From Klebsormidium nitens (taxonomy: Eukaryota; Plantae; Klebsormidiophyceae), in NCBI GenBank assembly GCA_000708835.1, contig DF237029.1, forward strand, positions 86,658 to 150,657: a DNA stretch of 64,000 bases, given 5' to 3'. A program made the translations under genes and the position numbers. Shown one piece after another: positions 58,864-64,000 of this stretch; position 1 is the first letter of the stretch, and every line of letters starts with the position of its first letter. Below the pieces are notes generated by a model, which saw only the letters and a list, made by a program, of their open reading frames with translations, had not been told where the DNA came from and ran no database searches.

Positions 58864-61800
58864 ATGGCAGGAGGGTGTGTTCGATGTCCACAATGCAGAA
58901 CCCTTTTGTTGGTGCCCGCTCCAAACATCTTCCTGCGATGTGGCGTCTGCAGTATGCTCATGAGCATTGGAGCTAATGGTGAGATGACGCTCGATCAAAG
59001 TCACCATTTCCACATTGCTTGCGGTCCATCACCTTTACTCTTTTCTTTTATACCGCTATTGCTTGTGGAAAACCTACCAAGCAGTTCAAAAGCATTGCTG
59101 GATGTTGACGCATGATCTTCGTCCTTTACTTCCCATCATTGCTGACCTTGTCTCCAGCATTGCCAGGTCTCTGCCTCAACATGCAAGCGATTATCTTTTT
59201 GAGAAGGCCGGTGGTTGATCCTTCATGGTGCAGTTGATCCTGGATCCACGAGAATCTGAATGTAGACCTTGTCCGTAATCGGGACTGCCATGACATCTGT
59301 GCCCAGCAATGTGGCGTTCGATGAAGCTGGCTTGAACCTTTAACTAACCTTAGAAAATGTCCCACATCATCTGCTCTACATTGGGCAAACCTGCTCACAA
59401 CCTCAAGTATCTTCCAGGCAGCCAGCAAGAAGTGAAAAGCGTCATCTTCGAGGACAATGTCAACAGGCCGTCGAGTGAGCAATGCGCATGCGCTTTTTGA
59501 TTGGAGCTTTTGACACCTTGATCACACTTTTGCAACACGCTGCAGCAAATGACAACCTTGTTTCTCGCCATTGCTCGCTCTTGGGTACTGTTAAGAGATC
59601 AAGATCCTGCTTGCCCATCCGTTGCTTTGTCTTCTTGAAACGTGCATCTTTTGCTCCGCTCGTTGAAGCCTTGTCGTTCCTGGTGTAAGGCCTCAAGAAA
59701 CGAGAGCTCCTTTCCGTTTGTCAGAGCCAAACCAGCATTTACCACAAGGCCATATCAGCACCTTTCACACATAGACGCTGTCTCTGTGCTCCCCTCATAC
59801 TTCTCTTCATTGTCTTTGGCCAGGTGCTGAAAACCAGTCGCCGCCACGAACGCCCCTGCCCCTGTTAGGCCCAGGCCCATTTCCTCCTAGGCAGTTTGCT
59901 GCACCCCCCCAACCAGCCATACCTCAGACACCGGGGTTTGTACCCCCCCCACAGGCCCCCTTTCCTGCGGCGGTTCGAGTGCACCAGCCACTGCAAACTC
60001 AGGCAGTGAACCCCCAGATTCCGCCATCAGGGGTACCGTCTTTTCTAGCTCAAGACGGGCTTTCCCCCAAGAGAACCTTTACCCCCCCAGGAGCGCTCCC
60101 GCTAGCTCAGCCGGCTTTGCGGGGTGAATCGGAGGAAAGTCAGTCGGCCCCCAACGACGTGAATAATCTGGCAAAGCGCCAGAGCCTGCCGTTGGAAACA
60201 CGCCAAGCGACTGGGTCGGAGGAATCTGTACCCGCATTCTTTGGCGAAGGTGCACCAGCTCTGCCCGGTTCTTCCGTGCAGCAAACAAGGAGGATCGGGG
60301 CAACTCAGGAAAGTTCCCCTCAGGAACGTTCCCCTCAAGATCCACAAGGGATTGAGGATCAAGTAGAAGAGAGGGAACGCTTTGACACCGCAAATAGCAA
60401 CACCGAGGAATCGGAGGGGACACCTTTTCTGGGGCCTTCAGGTGAACCCCAGGAGTACCCTCAGAGCGCTGCGCAGAGGCATCCCTTCTCTGTGTATAAA
60501 GACCCCCAAGCAAACGTCATCAACGGCGAGGAGTCATCCACAGGGGCTGCACACAGGAGCCTTTCTCGGGAACACGGTCAGATCGGTTCGCCCAGACCGC
60601 CCCCAATACAAGTTCCCCCCCCAGGTTCGATAAACCTCGCCCTTGACTCTTTAGGCTCCCGGCCTAAGTCCGCCCACGGCTCGCGGAGCCCTCAGGCGGC
60701 CGTACCCCCAGAGGAGCCTCTCCTGGAAGCACCAAACCCGGCGACTCAGATTCCTGCGGCACCGCCCCCCGACCCGGCAACGCAGCTGCTTAGGACCGTT
60801 TCCATTTCCCGACCGTCCCCCCGGACTCCACCCCCCCCTGCACTGCAACCCCCGCCGCAGTCGCAGGGAGTCCCCAGCCAGCCGTCCCTTTCACGGCAGC
60901 CTTCCCGCGCGATGGCGTACCCGGGGGGCGCCGCGCTGACCTTCACGTGCGCCAGCTGCAACAACGCGCAGATGCTGCCGGGGGCGCTCCCCCCCGGGGT
61001 GCACAACATGCGGTGCGGCACGTGTGGGAGCATCAACGAGGTCCAGATCGCAGCCCCCCCCGCTGCGATGCCACCCCCCGCTCCTGCTGTACCACCCCCC
61101 CAACCATATGGCGGTCAGCAGGGGGGGGGTTATGGGCAGCAGCCAGTGTTAAGTCCAGGGAGTCAGGGCGGGGGGTACGGGACACCGCCGAGCCCCCCGG
61201 CGCAGAATATGCAGTGTGGGGCGTGCAGGACGCTTATGAGTTTACCCCCCTTGGAACCGGGGGTGCACCAGTTGCAGTGCGGGGCGTGCCGCGCAGTGAA
61301 CTCGGTTCCCATTCAAGCGCCAGCGATGCAGGTGAGGGTTATGATGCAGAGTGCGCCACTCAAAGATCAAGAGTACGTCAAACGCTGCACCTTGAATTGA
61401 AGCTTTGATCTTCAGCGGCACATTGGCCAGGAAAACTCCGAACCTTTGGTTTTATCAAGCGGAATACACAGCGAATGTCTGTCAAGTTTGGTTCGAGTAT
61501 CTTTATCATCTCCCTCCCTGGCACGTTATGGAAGGCACTCATTTTGCCAAAAGAGTCTCTCAGAGATAATTCGGGCAGGCATGTCAGTAGTTCGGGCCTT
61601 ATCCAAGTCCTCACTTGCACTTAGTGCTCTTTCCGCCTATCTTTGCCAATCTAGACGACCCCATCGGACGATGTCCCTTTCCATCTACACGTGTCTGTTC
61701 AAGCATGTACTGCTGAGTCTTCTTACATCTATTGAACACCCATATCATCCATCCCTCAATCCACGGCGTTCATGCTTTGCAGCCGCCCCCTCAGCTTTCC

Positions 61801-63738
61801 TCCTATCCCTCCGGCCACTACAACGGGCCCAACCGGCCAGGGTCCGGGTCATCTCTCAAGGAGAAGCTGAAGAAGAACTTCAAGAAGCACATGGAGTTCC
61901 AAAAGTCGGGGGGCAACGCGGCCGCGCTCTTCCACCGCCCGGGGTCGGGAAACCCTCAGCAATGGGCCCCCCAACAAGCGCAGCCGGGGTATCAGCCGCC
62001 CCCCCAACAGGGTTACCAGCAAACCCCCCCGCAGGGTTACCAGCAACCAAGCCCCCAGGAGTACCAGCAAACCACCCCTCAAGGGTTCCAGCAAACATCT
62101 TCACAGGGTTACCCGCAAACCCCTGCTCAAGGGTACCAGCAGCCATCTCCGCAAGGTTACGGGGAGACCTCCCCACAGGGTTACCAGCAAACCGCCCCTC
62201 AACAACCTGCAGCGCAGGTTTACCAGCAACCCGCCCCCCAGGTTTACCAGCAAACCTCCCCCCAGGGTTACCAGCAAACCGGGCAGCCTGGTTACATGCA
62301 ACCAAGTCAAGTAGTCTCGCCTCAGTCCCCCAAGCCGCCAACTCAGCCAAGTTACGAGCAAACCCCTCAGCCTGCCTACGCCCCTGCTGCAAAGTCCATG
62401 TACCAGCCCCAAGCGCAGCCCGTCTCGCCGCCGGCTTGTCAGCCACCCCCTCAGCCAGCTCCACAAACGTTTCCCGAGCCAGTCGTCCAGTCGGTTTACT
62501 CGTCAGAGAGTCAGCCGACTCACCAGCCCGTGGCCGTGCAACCAGTTCACGTTCAGTCGCCCCCTCAAGCAGTTTCCCCCGCACTGGCCCCCACCGCGCA
62601 AACGGCGGATGTCGCCCAACCTGTCATACATCAACCCCCAGCGGTTGTGAACCCTCTCCCCTCTTCCCCGGAACCGGGCCTAGACGCCTACCTCGAAGCG
62701 CAGCTCAAGATCGCGCAGTCGCCCCCTTCGTCAGCAGGCAGTGCGCGTCGGCCCGGCTCGTTACCATACAGCACGTCCAATCTCAGCACCCAGTCTGCGG
62801 ACGGCCAGGCTGCGAACCCGCTCGGACAGAGGGCATCGTCCGACGGTCCGGGGGCGGGGGAAACATTGAGGGGCATCGCACAGGAGCAGAGGGCCCCCTC
62901 AAACGGGAATCCTCAGGCCGCGTATGCAAACCCCGCTCAAAACCCAACCGCTGGGTTCTCCCCTGACGGGAATGACAAGCAGCTGTCTCCCCCTGCTCGC
63001 TCTCCCCCCCCGCGGCCTTTGCAGTCTCCGCCTCCGGGAAAATTGCAGTCCTTCGCTTGGGAGTACGTCTCGCCCCCGGGGGGGCAGGCTCTCCCCTCGG
63101 AAAATCTCCAGTCCCGCGCCTGGGAGTACGTCTCGCCCCCGGGGGGGCAAGCTCCGGTCGAGCCGCCACCGCCAAATGTCATGCCACCGGTGCCAGCCGC
63201 CCGCGTGAGCCCCCCCCCAGCCTTTGGCCCCGCTTCGGTTGCCCACTCCACGCCAGTTTTCCACTTTGACCGACCCACTCAACCCCCGCCAATGTCCCCC
63301 CCTCCGCAACTCAACCAAGCCTCACCGTTTGTCAACTCGCAACCAGACCCCCGACACGAAGCAAACATCATCTCCCCTGGGGGGCCAACTCCGTACCTGC
63401 CGCAGGCCCCCCCTCCTCCGCTTCACGCTTTCACACCGCAGCCAGCGCCAGTTACCCCCCCTCAACGTGGAATTTACTCCCAGTCTAGCGACCAGTCGTC
63501 CCTAACCTCCTTCTCTTCCGCCGGAACCGGGCCCGTTAACACCGCCCCCCAGCAGTGGCAGCCGGACCCCATGCTGGCCCCCGCGGCAATGTGGGTGAAT
63601 GGGCACCGGCTGACGGAGGAGCTGACGTCAGCGGCGGAGGTCCTGGCGGGGCCGATCGAGCGGGGCGGGTTCTACTGGTACGACCCCTTGGCGGGCTTCT
63701 GGGGGGAGTACGGGAAGCCGTGCCAGGGGATCCTGCCG
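58864..63738 (+). CDS. EDR4/plant zinc-ribbon-domain-like protein with a long Pro/Gln-rich region; the gene continues past the right edge
   Basis: Exons 58864-58978, 59824-61331, 61783-63738, in phase. N-terminal VRCPQCRTLL..RCGVC, two central CxxC..CGxC ribbons, and a C-terminal WVNGHRL..AEVLAGPIERGGFYWYDPLAGFWGEYGKPCQGILP segment resembling the VNG...YWYD..AGFWG domain of EDR4-like and XLG proteins. Confidence 0.75.
61981..62300 (+). repeat. Coding 24-bp repeat encoding Q(G/V)YQQ(T/P)(S/A/P)P octapeptides
   Basis: cagggttaccagcaa-type units, about 12 copies. Confidence 0.9.
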
Positions 63739-64000
63739 GTGAGTCAACGGGTTGGGTTAGCCGCTTATCCGGAAATGACAGAGCTTGCTCGCACAGTCAG
63801 CCTGATCCTGAAAGCCTTCAAAACAAACGAGTCCGAACCATTCTCGTGTTGACTTCGTACCTTGGACAAGGCTCTGAGACGTTAGCCGCAAACAATTTCG
63901 CTGATGCTACCTTTGAGGAGAGGAAACGAAGTTTGGGCAGAGGAACAGATTTTAGCAAATTATAGCAGAGTAACAAACGAACGCCGCCCCGTCTGTGCAG

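Noticed and set aside
59126-59696. Minus-strand ORFs inside intron 1 of the EDR4-like gene
   Set aside because: Short, frames do not join, no recognisable motif.

Overview
This is intron-rich eukaryotic nuclear DNA with GT-AG introns throughout. The plant-type gene content (D-type cyclin with LxCxE, steroleosin-like SDR, expansin-like protein, EDR4/zinc-ribbon-like protein) and GC-rich exons point to a streptophyte green alga such as Klebsormidium; that assignment is inference. Genes, left to right: first exon of a beta-ketoacyl-ACP synthase (-), steroleosin/HSD-like SDR (+), cytosolic HSP90 (-), an expansin-like DPBB protein with a Pro/Thr stalk and probable GPI signal (+), a degenerate unassigned coding tract (-), SF3B1 (-), ABHD17-like hydrolase (+), a coiled-coil orphan (-), cyclin D (+), gamma-tubulin complex protein GCP5 (-), and a 3'-truncated EDR4/zinc-ribbon-like gene (+). 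There are two N gaps. The most notable unexplained structure is a set of short terminal-inverted-repeat (MITE/MULE-like) elements. Three sit just upstream of gene starts: one has a perfect 9-bp TSD, and one carries a phased array of five telomere-like AACCCTAA units in a bidirectional promoter. Other oddities are tandem duplications that copy splice sites, GTAC clusters near gene starts, and an apparent CpG depletion in 5' gene bodies. All exon models were read by hand from splice signals and reading frame; no database searches were run.
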